A DNA stretch of 64,000 nucleotides, taken from contig NC_042999.1 in the NCBI RefSeq assembly GCF_006345805.1, positions 159,278,001 through 159,342,000 of the forward strand. Reading direction: 5' to 3'. Positions 14,226-26,374 of this stretch are shown one piece after another. The translations under genes were made by a program, and so were the position numbers. The number at the start of each line of letters is the position of its first letter. Within the stretch, counting starts at the first letter, position 1. This DNA comes from Octopus sinensis. Lineage: Eukaryota. The notes beneath the pieces were generated by a model. It had not been told where the DNA came from and searched no databases. It saw only the letters and a list, made by a program, of their open reading frames with translations.

Positions 14226-14580
14226 CAACAATTGAGGGTAAAATTAATTAATTAATTAATCATTTCACCAAGTATTCAGTATGCAAAGGACCATTTAAGG
14301 CAAATTCAAATTATTTATTACATTATAAAAGGGCTTAGTAAAATAAATTACTTTGCCGCATACTGAACTCGTTAGAAATAGCAGCTAAAAAAAAAACTTT
14401 TCTAACACTTAAAGAAAACCTCTCTCATATAGTGCTTGCTCAATTCAACCCATTGGGTTGAATTGAGCAAGCACTATATGAGAGAGGTTTTCTTTAAGTG
14501 TTAGAAATAGTTTTTTTTTTAGCTGCTATTTCTAACGAGTTCAGTATGCGGCAAAGTAATTTATTTTACTAAGCCCTTTT
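14221..14580. mobile_element. Family C element ending in a ~254-bp near-perfect palindrome
   Basis: 14327-14452 pairs with 14454-14580, single-T loop at 14453. Confidence 0.8.
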
Positions 14581-14598
14581 TATATATATATATATATA

Positions 14599-14640
<42 letters not shown>

Positions 14641-14791
14641 ATGTATGTATGTTGTATATATACATATATATTCCATCCGTACTAATCTAGCAGTGTCATT
14701 TATACAAATATAAAAATATACATATGTGTGTATGCGTGCGCGTGTGTTCGAGCGCGTCCGTGTGTGCACGCTTGTGTGTGTGTGTGTGTGT

Positions 14792-14838
<47 letters not shown>

Positions 14839-15338
14839 ATGCTTCTCTAATTCGTCTACTAATTTCATTCATCCGATTCTGGTTGTGTTGTTCACCCTCT
14901 GCCTTCAAGTATTTTTAGTGAAATATATCGATCCTAGTATTTACTTTAATGTGGAACTTCATCGATTGTTTATCGGATGGTTGTGCTTTACTACTTTTAC
15001 AACACCTGATACAGCATAACGTGTAAGCTGTCACTAGGAGACACAACTGCAGATTCACTCACTCACTCACAGATGCATCCTCACTATACATAAATGCACC
15101 ACGCTCACACACACGTTTATATATGGAATTGCTCCATTGTTTCTACGTATCAGTTTCGAAAAGTATTGCTAAGTCTTATGGTATATTAGAAGGCACACCC
15201 CAAAGTCCCGGCCATCAGATGCACCAGAACCACGTTGTGGTAAGGTGGTAATTTTTTCTGATGTATGACACGAATAAACACTACTTAATTTCCGTTAGCA
15301 AAGAAGAACGTCTATTTGAACCTACCAAGAACAGCACC

Positions 15339-15756
15339 GGATCTTTTCGGTTTGAACGGCAGTTTTTTCGAGCGGTGTCATATGGAATTGTCGCCCATAA
15401 TTATGACCCTAGAATCGATCTATTGCATTTCAATGTCTTTTAGGGTTAGGGTTAGGGGTGGGGGAAGGGTATCTTTTTTTCTTCACAAATGTAAATAAAC
15501 CCAATCTGTTTCTTAAACGAGGGACATATTCATACGGCACAGAATGTTCTTTTTAACTCAATAGACGTCACTGATTGGTTGAAATTGCAGAAATTAAAGA
15601 AAAAATAACAACAAATATGTTACAAACTATAGAATTTTCTCAATAAATCCAAGAGAAAAAGATGTTTTATAAACACATTCTACCAGTATACGAAGTTTAA
15701 AATTTTTTAGTTACCTAGAAATTATGTTAAAAACTGCCGTTCAAACCGAAAGATCC
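15339..15756. mobile_element. MITE with ~28-bp TIRs and internal (TTAGGG)3
   Basis: GGATCTTTTCGGTTTGAACGGCAGTTTTT versus AAAAACTGCCGTTCAAACCGAAAGATCC; flanks ACAGCACC/ACTGCACC may be an 8-bp TSD. Confidence 0.75.
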
Positions 15757-15921
15757 ACTGCACCAAATTCTTAAGGAATAAACAGAAATATATCAATTTT
15801 TCTAACTGTTGTTATTAACAAAATCTTAACCAGAGGCAAATTACATAAAAAATATATGAAAATATGTCAGACCAGTAGATTGTCAAATTGATATTTTGTG
15901 TTTTGATCATTTTATGTAATA

Positions 15922-16432
15922 TCTATATATATAAAACTGTAGTTGTGTGAGTGTCTGTCTCCTACGATTTAGATTCCTAACTACTACCACATTTTGCGGT
16001 GCAGTTTAACCAAATTCGGGTATCTTATAGTCGTGATTCATATCGAGCCCGTCTGGGTATTAGCGCGCGTCTACGATTAGTCTACGATTTTAAAACTAAT
16101 TCAACATCATTTTTTATTCCATTTTAATGCATATTTTTTCGTGTGTCGATGGCGGCGGAGTTGGCGTCCATGGTCTCACCTGCACCTGTGTTGATTCTCC
16201 CCCTTCCCTCCCTCGTGAAGCTGTGGGGAAGGGAGTGTAAAGAAATCAACGTCGTAAAGCGTTGTCAAGGAGACCAGCGTTCTTTTAGAACAACGACTTC
16301 ATGGCTTGAAGACACCAAAACAGAAATGGCTAAGAAAGCCCGAAATGGCATCTATAAGGGAAGTAACTCCCTAAAAATGCTTATATAGTTATTTCCCTTA
16401 CAAACCCGAGCAACGCCGGGCGATACTGCTAG
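15922..16432 (+). mobile_element. Non-autonomous Helitron, single copy
   Basis: A|TCTATATATA ... CCCGAGCAACGCCGGG-CGATACTG-CTAG|T: 5' TC, 3' hairpin plus CTAG, AT target site. Confidence 0.85.
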
Positions 16433-16441
16433 TAATATTAT

Positions 16442-18055
16442 ATGATTGATTGATTGATTGATTGATTCTAGTTTCAGCTTATGAGCTGTGGCCATGCTGG
16501 GGCACCGCCATTTGGTGTTGCTACTTGGTTTCACTTCATGGAGGCTTTCTAGCAACTGCTATTTGGTGCATGAGAGAGTTCGATGCAGCTGCCCTCATCT
16601 GCCCCTCCTGCCGTGAAGTTGGTTCATCTGGGACACCTGACAGGAAGAGATCCAGCTTCATTTTAAAGACATCTGTATCCACCCCATGCAGGTCTCTCAG
16701 GTTCTTCGGGAGGATATTGAAGAGCTGTGGGCCTCGGAAGCCCAGGCTATCACAGAATCTTGTCCTACATCTTGATGGCAGGTTTGGAGTCCTAGGCACC
16801 ACGCAGTGGCGCCCAGTTCTGGCATTTGCGTAACTCTCGATGCCAAAGTTCAGGACACTTCCCTCCAGGATCTTCCAGATGTATATTATGGCATATCTTT
16901 CCCGCCTACGCTCCAGAGAATATAATTTTAATCTCTGAGTCTTTCCCAGTAGCTTACATTCTGCATAGAGGCTATCTTCTTTGTGTAGCTTCGTTGGGTC
17001 GCCTCAAGTTCTGTGATCAACTTGACACTGGATGGTGACCATAGCTGAGAGCAATAGTCAAAGTGGCTTAGGACAAGTGTCTTCCAGAGGACCATCATGG
17101 TTTTTTGTTCTCTTGTTCTAAGGTTCTAAGAATCCATCCAGCCAGCCGTCTACATTTCATTGTCAGTTTAGCAACATGTACATGAAAGGTCGCGTCATCA
17201 CTCATGTGAATACCCAGGTCACGCACTGATTGTGCCTCTGGGATTGCAATCCCTCCGGGTCCAGTGTATTCATTGGGTATTGCATTCTGTTTTGCATGCT
17301 GATAGTATAAAGCTTGAAACTTTCCAGCATTGAACTGCATGCTATTCTTTTCAGCCCACTTGTATATTTCGTCCAGCTCACATTGCAGGTGTTTAGTGTC
17401 CTCAGAGTTCTGTATTGCCTGTGAAACTTTTGTATCATCTGCATAACTTGTGATCGTGGCTCTCTGCGTGGCTGAGGGCATGTCTGAGAGGGCCATTATG
17501 AACAGTAGTGGTCTCAGAACAGTGCCCTGCGGAACACCGCTCACTATTTGTGTGTTAATGGAGGTGGCCCCATTGGCTACTACCACCTGACTTCTATCCT
17601 TCAGAAAGTCATGAAGCCATTCTCCAGTTTTCCAACTATGTTGAGATCACGCAGTTTGTGACATATCATTCCATGATCGACTTTATCAAAGGCCTTTGCA
17701 AAGTCGAGATATATCACTTCCACATTTGAGTGGTTGAGCAGCCGTTTCAGCACCCAGTCATAGTGTTGTAGGAGCTGAGTTAAACAGCTTCTCCCTGGTC
17801 GGAAACCATGTTGGGTGTCGGGCAGCAAGTCATTCTCTCAAGGAAGGTGATCAGCTTCCTTCTGACTATTCGTTCCATGACCTTGCTGATGTGTGAGGTC
17901 AGAGAGATAGGTCTATAGTTCTTGGCTTCCGCTCTGCTACCTCCTTTATGAATGGGGCATATTTTACCTTCCTTCAGTTTTCCTGGAAGTTTGCCAGCTG
18001 CAAGGAAGCTCTGAAAGAGGAACTGCAGTGGTCTTGCTAGGACTCTCTTACATGC
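16442..18055 (-). mobile_element. 5'-truncated CR1-like LINE with (AATC)n tail
   Basis: QHGFRPGRSC, YLDFAKAFDKVDH, SGVPQGTVL and YADDTK motifs; tail at 16442-16467. Confidence 0.9.
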
Positions 18056-18793
18056 TTATATAATATTAATTTCAAAAGTTTCCTCACAAATATCACAAAA
18101 AGGAACTATCGATTATACCACTCAGTACTTAACTGGTAATTATTCTATTAAGTCCAAAAGGATTAAAAGAGGTTGCATTTCGGCAAGGTTTGAACTCGAA
18201 GCATAGAACTAGTTAAACAGTACAATATTATGTGTCCGATATCTAATGATTCTGCTAATCCACCACATCACAACGTTCATGATTTTTCACTGGAATCTCA
18301 TTTTTGTAGTCGACTGAAACGCATTACTGTACTTTTAAAAATGGTAATACATTTAAGATTTAAAGTTGGTTTACGTATCACAGAGAAACCTCTTCGCAGT
18401 TTCCACCCAACTCCAACGAAATGCCGACAAAAATCTGTCAAATTACATCCTACGCTCTTGTGAATAACAATATGTTCATACCAAGAATATCTTCATTAAT
18501 AAATTTTGGCAGAAGGACGGGATGTTAGCAGGACCGTTAGAGACACATACAAAGTGTCTTGTGGAATTTGTCCCAGCTTTTAACGTTCTTAGTTCAAATA
18601 CCATCGAAGTCACCCGTCCTTTTCATCCTTTCGACGTCGATAAAATGTACGAGTTGTGTACTGAGGTCTGCGTAATCGACTAAACCCCTTCCGTCGAAAT
18701 TACTGGATGTTATGCCTAATTACAAACAATTGTGAGTTGTCTATCAAAGCGGATATGGCGCAAGCAATAGCACAAAGTTATTGAAATATTTGC

Positions 18794-18858
<65 letters not shown>

Positions 18859-18875
18859 GGGTCTATCAAAATGTG

Positions 18876-19060
18876 ACCTCGTGTGTACCGTTGACGATTT
18901 TTTCCTCTGTCTTCCCTTCTCTGGATCTTTCCTTCTCCTATGTTTCCGACGAAGAGCTCCGCTCGAAACGTTAAACCCTCCTTCTTTCCTTCTTTGCTGA
19001 GCGTCGAATATATTTGTTCCACGCCCTCACGTTGTTGTGTTTTTTGGTGCTTTCTTGTTT
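18876..19060 (+). mobile_element. Family B non-coding element with minimal hammerhead motif at 18942-18976
   Basis: GTTT-CCGACGA-a-GAGC-TCC-GCTC-GAAA-CG-TT-AAAC; element matches 25329-25540. Confidence 0.7.
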
Positions 19061-20154
19061 GTATATATATATATATATATATATAATGTGGTTATATATA
19101 TTCTTACAACAGATGCAATAATTGAGAAAAGAACAACTTTCCTTCGACGTCTGTTGAGCCAAAGTTGACCTGGGTCACTCTATAACAACCACATCTAAAC
19201 ACTCGATCTCTGCAATTTACCAACGTTTAGAAATTTAGATGTTGTTTATATAAATATGTACTGAAGAAAGGAGTCGGTTTTCTGTATTTTCTGTGTTACT
19301 ATATTAAGTAGGAATATTAAATGAAACTAAAAGGTATCCAAATATACGCAGGAGGACTGATTAGAAAATAATGCAAACATACACATGTATGCATATTACG
19401 TATAAATATATGTAATATATATATAGAAACGTATGGATATTACCATTTATCGCACTCAAGAGTGCTGTATATGTCTTTTTTTCTTCTCCACCCCAGTATA
19501 ATTTGATGGATTATAACAAGTTTTACAAACATATATTTTAACTCTTGATCTTATTTTTTTATACTGAGTGCTTTTTCCTTTGACATATGATTTACTTGGC
19601 CTGTTTTTCACACATACACACACACACCACCACCACCACCACAACGCACACCAATCACACATGCACACGCACACATATGTATGTATATATGTATGTATGC
19701 ATGTACGTATGTATATGCCTTCATCGATTCTTTCGAAGACGATGATTCAGACAGTCAGTAAGCCAAGTCTCTCGTGCATAAACGTTCGCTTGAACGAACG
19801 CTCGACATAATCGTATTATCAACAGAAGTAATCATCAATATTAACTTAGTCCAACCACTAAACGCTCAATAAATCCGTATGAATCTGCATGCCCGTTATT
19901 ATCGGATCCAATTCGTTTTACTGTTATTTCCTTCTACAATAATATGCTATAATCAATGCAATACCTGCATTTCATAATATTGCTCTCATGCATTCTGGAT
20001 AAATCGTAATATCAATATTATCTTATATTTTCTGCTGTGTTAGGAACGCTAGCATTTATTGCACATCATTGCTAAAATGATGAGTCGTTGGAAGATACAA
20101 TTAGGATTACAACATTTTGATTAGTACATTCATCATCTTTTTTAATGAAAACTA

Positions 20155-20654
20155 CTGTGATCCCCCGCTACTTCGCGGTTCAACTATCGCGGATTCTAGA
20201 CTTCGCGGATTTTAAATATATATATATATATGAACGCCTAAAAGTTTTCATTGAATCCATTTAGATATTAATAATAAATATTATTTCCTAGACTAGGAAC
20301 AACAAAACAAGCGTAAAATAGCAAAAAAACATATACAGGGTATTCGAACTTAAGACGAGCTGTGATTGGTGCAATGGAAAGAGACGACGAATCACAGTCT
20401 TTTTATTTTGTAATCTGGCCTGTGTAACTGTAACAATCTTTATTTTTTAAGATCTAAAGTGTTATTGCTTAACAGTTGTCCTTGTTATTAATAGACTACT
20501 GTAATGGGTGGGTTGTTAACAATAGAGGGGAGGGGTTCAAAAGTCCAAATACACGTTAAATAAATACTGTAAATATGGTGACCCTACTTCGCGGAAATTC
20601 AGTCATCGCAGCCGGTCTCGGAACCAATCTACCGCGATAAACGAGGGATCATTG
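20155..20654. mobile_element. Tigger/pogo-type MITE
   Basis: TA|CTGTGATCCCCCGCTACTTCGCGG ... CCGCGATAAACGAGGGATCATTG|TA; imperfect ~25-bp TIRs and TA flanks. Confidence 0.75.
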
Positions 20655-21437
20655 TATATACTTTATCTATCCCGAAAATCTTTATTGTGCTACTGTACAA
20701 GTCTTAATGACTATCCTCTTAACTGGAACTGCTTGGCTCAGTTATTATCGACGTAGAACACCTAATAATTAAAAGGTGCCACGATGCTCTAAACGCGATT
20801 AAATCAAAATATTCCAGCAACTAGGCTACGTAAAGTACATGAACGTCTAGCTATCAGTTTTTTGCAGCCTTATGTTTTACTCGGAAGGCTATGCGGTTGG
20901 CAGTTATGTAACATTGTATAACATTTATAAAAATGCATTATTAATTATTTATAATGTACTAACATAGATACAACATTAACTTCTAAAAATTTTTTAGATT
21001 TATTCGAGTTACCATTTAATAGAGAAATTTTTAATTTCCAATATTTTACTTCAAAATATTTAATTTCCTCTATTTTTCTGCCTTTCACCTCGATACGTTG
21101 TTATCGTCTTACCGTGAGACTTACCTTAACACGTTTTGTCATTCATCAACTAATTTATTGTGTTGAAAGCTTACGTATTCATACACAAATACAACTGTTG
21201 TAGAGGTTGTGTTTATAAAATATAAAATAATTCATAGTGATAATAATGAAAATATATAAATATTTATTGACAGATGTGTCTATATGTTTATATATGTATA
21301 TGTAAGCGTGTGATTGTGTACATATATATTATATATATATATATAATATATATATATACATATATGTATGCATGTATGTATGCATACAATATCTTGCTTC
21401 TGCACTGGACTACAACAGTTACATAAATTTGTGTATG

Positions 21438-21470
<33 letters not shown>

Positions 21471-21473
<3 letters not shown>

Positions 21474-21620
21474 TGTGTGGTAAGTAGCTTGCTAACCACC
21501 ACATCGTTCAGGGTTCAGTCCCACTGCGTGGCACCTTGAGCAAGTGTCTTCTACTATAGCTCCGGGCCGACCAATGCCTTGTGAGTGGATTTGGTAGACG
21601 GAAACTGAAAGAAGCCCGTC

Positions 21621-21663
<43 letters not shown>

Positions 21664-21868
21664 CGTTTGTGTGTCTGTGTTTATCCCCCTAGCATTGCTT
21701 GACAACCGATGCTGGTGTGTTTACGTCCCCGTCACTTAGCGGTTCGGCAAAAGAGACCGATAGAATAAGTACTGGGCTTACAAAAGAATAAGTCCCGGGG
21801 TCGAGTTGCTCGACTAAAGGCGGTGCTGCAGCATGGCCGCAGTCAAATGACTGAAACAAGTAAAAGAG

Positions 21869-21870
<2 letters not shown>
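21471..21870 (+). mobile_element. SINE family S1, near full length
   Basis: High identity to 48137-48534 and the reverse complement of 53312-53705. Confidence 0.9.
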
Positions 21871-21907
<37 letters not shown>

Positions 21908-22674
21908 GAGAAAGAGAGAGAGAGAGAATGAGAGAGAAAAAGAAAGACATAAATCCATGCATTGAAACAGACTGATAAGCAGACTGGTAGTGCGTATTTG
22001 ATTGTGCGTAGTTGTTTTCAATGAAATGTTCCTTGGACAAAGAATTGTGTTCACTATTCTCTAGAAAATATGATAAATGTAATGTCTAGTGCCGCAAGGG
22101 ATAATCACTCATTTATCTGCTGTGCATTTCATTTGCAAATTTAATTCAGTTTAAATATATATTCATTATCGTCAACATATTCTTAAGTAATCGATGATTT
22201 TTCTAACACTTCATAACTTTTCCAGACGTTATTTATTTGCTAAACTGAAACCGAAAAATGCACGGTATTCATTGTCAATGATAAATGCTGACTGAATTAT
22301 TTCAAACGATATTAAATATTGGTTTCAGCGTCGTCAAATTTATATGTATACTACTTTAATTATATATCCCCTTTCAATTGATAGTCCACTCCTCACTAAT
22401 ACATCTGGACAAGAGTCACAATATATGACTCGACAAAGCCCGTGCTGCTGCCTCCTTCTTCTTCTTCTTCTTCCAATCAGGACTCATGCCATTAGCCACA
22501 AAGAATAAGCACTCAGCCGGGGTATTGCGGGATGTGGACTCGATTCCCATGGTTGTTGGTTGACAACTCTTCCCACCTTGTAAGGGTTTATCATCTGCTT
22601 GTTTGTATCGTACAGTACACATTTCGACGCTTCTGTGGGTTCATTTATATTCATACACACACATACATGCATAT

Positions 22675-22709
<35 letters not shown>

Positions 22710-22895
22710 CAAAGCAATAAGGGTTTAGCAACGAGTTGCCTTACCACATACCGAATTTAGAAATAGCAGTCAAAGGGTTATAGCTATTTCTTCTACTAAA
22801 AAGGGAGATCTCAGTAAAAACAGCATTTGGAAGGCAGACACAAACAGGTAAGAGAGAATGAATTGACTGCAATCTATCATACATTTTTTTAGTTA

Positions 22896-23008
22896 TCCAC
22901 GGACGTACGTTTCGAAATCAAGTTTTAAGGAAAGCATAAGAACTAAATATTAATATTAAATAATAAATAATTCTATCTTACCGAAACTTCTTTTCTCTTC
23001 AGCGTAGA
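22896..23008 (-). ncRNA. Type I hammerhead ribozyme motif, unit 1, predicted cleavage GUC after 22902
   Basis: TCTACG-CTGAAGA-GAAA..(long AU-rich helix II)..TTTC-GAAA-CGTACG-TC-CGTGGA; canonical core and G10.1-C11.1 pair. Confidence 0.8.
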
Positions 23009-23500
23009 ATACTATAATCATAAATGATTATATATTGAATTTTGAGATACCAGAAGGCACCAACTCCACTCAGTATCAGAGCGAGCTAGAATCCGCAACT
23101 GGTATCACCGAATTCAATTTGTGAATGAAACGATTGTGTCAACAGCCCCTTCCCACCCGCGTGTAGCCAAAACAAGATGCTGTGGTCATCTACTGAGATA
23201 AAATATGGTTATCCGTAATAATGAAGGGTGAAATTAATTAATTTGGAAAAATTATCAATTACACCAAGTAGTCTTCGGCATGTAAAAGCCTCATTCGAGG
23301 AAAATTTAAGTAATACTAAGCAATAAGGGTTTAGCAACGAGTTGCCTTACCACATACCGAATTTAGAAATAGCAGTCAAAGGGTTATAGCTATTTCTTCT
23401 ACTAAAAAGGGAGATCTCAGTAAAAACAGCATTTGGAGGCAGACACAAACAGGTAAGAGAGAATGAATTGACTGCAATCTATCATACATTTTTTTAGTTA

Positions 23501-23614
23501 TCCACGGACGTACGTTTCGAAATCAAGTTTTAAGGAAAGCATAAGAACTAAATATTAAATATTAAATAATAAATAATTCTATCTTACCGAAACTTCTTTT
23601 CTCTTCAGCGTAGA
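23501..23614 (-). ncRNA. Type I hammerhead ribozyme motif, unit 2
   Basis: Same as unit 1 except one extra base in the helix II loop region. Confidence 0.8.
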
Positions 23615-24380
23615 ATACTATAATCATAAATGATTATATATTGAATTTTGAGATACCAGAAGGCACCAACTCCACTCAGTATCAGAGCGAGCTAGAATCC
23701 GCAACTGGTATCACCGAATTCAATTTGTGAATGAAACGATTGTGTCAACAGCCCCTTCCCACCCGCGTGTAGCCAAAACAAGATGCTGTGGTCATCTACT
23801 GAGATAAAATATGGTTATCCGTAATAATGAAGGGTGAAATTAATTAATTTGGAAAAATTATCAATTACACCAAGTAGTCTTCGGCATGTAAAAGCCTCAT
23901 TCGAGAAAATTTAAGTAATACTAAGCAATAAGGGTTAGCAACGAGTTGCCTTACCACATACCGAATTTAGAAATAGCAGTCAAAGGGTTATAGCTATTTC
24001 TTCTACTAAAAAGGGAGATCTCAGTAAAAACAGCATTTGGAAGGCAGACACAAACAGGTAATTGCAGATAGATTGCAGTCAATTCATTCTCTCTTACCTG
24101 TTTGTGTCTGCCTTCCAAATGCTGTTTTACTGAGATCTCCCTTTTTAGTAGAAGAAATAGCTATAACCCTTTGACTGCTATTTCTAAATTCGGTATGTGG
24201 TAAGGCAACTCGTTGCTAAACCCTTATTGCTTAGTATTACTTAAATTTTCCTCGAATGAGGCTTTTACATGCCGAAGACTACTTGGTGTAATTGATAATT
24301 TTTCCAAATTAATTAATTTCACCCTTCATTATTACGGATAACTATATATATATACATATATGTATATATATAGAGAGATA

Positions 24381-24712
24381 TACAAATAAATGAAAGAATG
24401 GAGTTGAACGACGATTTAACAAAATTCCTTTATTCTCGACATATGTTTCGAAGGCTGCATATTCCTAATTTCGAAGGAATAAGGGGTGCATTATGCCGCC
24501 TTCTCATCAGGAAAAACAAGGAACTTATGTCAGCATCAAGATGAACAAAAACTCTTAGATGACTGCCCACACGGAGTTTTTCCTGATGAGAAGGCGGCAT
24601 ATTGCACCCCTTATTCCTTCGAAATTAGGAATATGCAGCCTTCGAAACATATGTCGAGAATAAAGGAATTTTGTTCCATCGTCGTTCAACTCCATTCTTT
24701 CATTTATTTGTA
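24381..24712. mobile_element. Family E foldback element: 137-bp arms, 58-nt spacer, a hammerhead in each arm
   Basis: 24381-24517 pairs with 24576-24712 with about 3 mismatches. Confidence 0.85.
24578..24660 (+). ncRNA. Type I hammerhead ribozyme motif, predicted cleavage GUC after 24655; mirror copy at 24433-24515 on the minus strand
   Basis: TTTTC-CTGATGA-GAAGGC-G-GCATATT...AATATGC-A-GCCTTC-GAAA-CATATG-TC-GAGAA. Confidence 0.8.
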
Positions 24713-24985
24713 TTAAAAAACACACAAATTTCCACACGAAAGCACGTGATCTCTGCCCTTGGCATGTAGCTTCAACCGTATTTTTCTGACGTGAATTTGC
24801 TACCCAGGTATCGGTTAACCGAATTATCCATACTAAGATAATTCATTCAACTACTTAAATATATATATATATATTCAAGAGAGAGAGAGAAAGAGAGAGT
24901 GATGCTATGAGAGGTAATGGTGTCAGGTAATACTGAGTAAGTGCTATGGATAGACTGAGGAATCCAACGTAGGTCATATATCAGC

Positions 24986-25020
<35 letters not shown>

Positions 25021-25021
<1 letters not shown>

Positions 25022-25320
25022 CTTTTCAGAATGGGATAAAAATCCAAGGCTGTGAAAGATTTTAGAACATTTATAAATAGAAGGTCTTACAGCTGTTTCC
25101 ATGATATTTTATATATCACTTCATCGGAGACGGTGTGAGAAGATGGTTAAGCAATAGTTATTTTAGATAAGATATGAAATAGAGAGTGAAGTGGCGGAAT
25201 GAAAATAGACGTAAGATATGCAGGGATATGTCATGTCTTATCTTAACTAACTATTGCTTAACTCTTTATAAATGTTCTAGAATCTTTCACAGCCTTGGAT
25301 TTTTATCTCATTCTGAAAGT
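25021..25320. mobile_element. Family F foldback element; left arm carries an extra segment with a hammerhead motif
   Basis: 25021-25078 pairs with about 25264-25320; about 25146-25180 pairs with about 25231-25262. Confidence 0.75.
25084..25131 (-). ncRNA. Type I hammerhead motif with CCGAUGA core, predicted cleavage GUA after 25088
   Basis: GTCT-CCGATGA-a-GTGATAT-ATAAA-ATATCAT-g-GAAA-CAGCTG-TA-AGAC. Confidence 0.65.
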
Positions 25321-25328
25321 TTATATGT

Positions 25329-25540
25329 ATGACCGCGTGTGTACCGTTGGCGATTTTTTTCCTCCGTCGTCCCTTCTCTGGATCTTTGCTTTTCCTATGT
25401 TTCTGACGAAGAGCTCCGCTCGAAACGTTAAACCCTCCTTCTTCCCTTCCTTCCTGGGCGTCCAATAATACTATATTTGTTCCACGTCCTCGCGTTGTTG
25501 TGTTTTCTCTTTGTGTTTTCATGTTTGGATTAACTTTATA
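25329..25540 (+). mobile_element. Family B element with minimal hammerhead motif at 25399-25433
   Basis: GTTT-CTGACGA-a-GAGC-TCC-GCTC-GAAA-CG-TT-AAAC. Confidence 0.75.
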
Positions 25541-25553
25541 TATATATATAAAG

Positions 25554-25618
<65 letters not shown>

Positions 25619-25641
25619 TACATACAGACAGACAGACAGAC

Positions 25642-25722
<81 letters not shown>

Positions 25723-26374
25723 TAGATATAGATATATATTACATTCATACATATAAACATGCATAAACACATATACATATATATGAGTGTGTATATATAT
25801 ACACATCTATAACAAATGAAAGACACAAGATGGAATATACGAAAATATATTATTAATCACAACAATTGTTTCGACACATCTAGCATCGATTCCTCTTGTG
25901 GAACACACAAAAACTGCTTAAGGAGTATCTGGTGAGAAAGACGTATCTCGTCGGGTGATGAATAAAAAAAACTCGTTAAAATGACTGTTCCATATTTCAA
26001 CTTCTCGTTTTGTAGAGAGGAAAAGAGCCAGACGGAAGAAAATTCTTCATATATACAAAAGATCAAAAAATAAAATTTCAGAAGACAAAAAGAGAAACGA
26101 ACACTTAATCCAGTGAGAAAGGTATTGGAAATATCCGTTAACAGATATGTACGTAGAAACGCCCTCTGGAAAGCTGCATGGCACGAGTACTCACGCTCAT
26201 AGAAGCATTAGCCAAAATGTGAGCATGCGCACACGCGAGGTGAGGTGCACTCATGATTACAAAGCGAGTTAGATATTTCGTAGGTGTTTAGAAGAACGGG
26301 AAGGCTTAAAGTAAATTTAAGTCATCCATACCTTAAAGTAAAATAAAATAAAATTACACTAAGTTAACGGATAC

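Larger units (their letters stand above)
22712..24342 (-). mobile_element. Family D: ~605-bp tandem array (about 2.2 units) plus inverted terminal copy, one hammerhead per full unit
   Basis: Units start 22712, 23318 and 23923; 24067-24342 is an inverted copy of the unit junction region. Confidence 0.85.

Noticed and set aside
15440-15457. Telomere or interstitial telomeric site
   Set aside because: Only three units and internal to a MITE.
22416-22560. Signal-peptide-like ORF MTRQSPCCCLLLLLLLP
   Set aside because: The Leu run comes from a (CTT)n microsatellite and the ORF stops after 27 codons.
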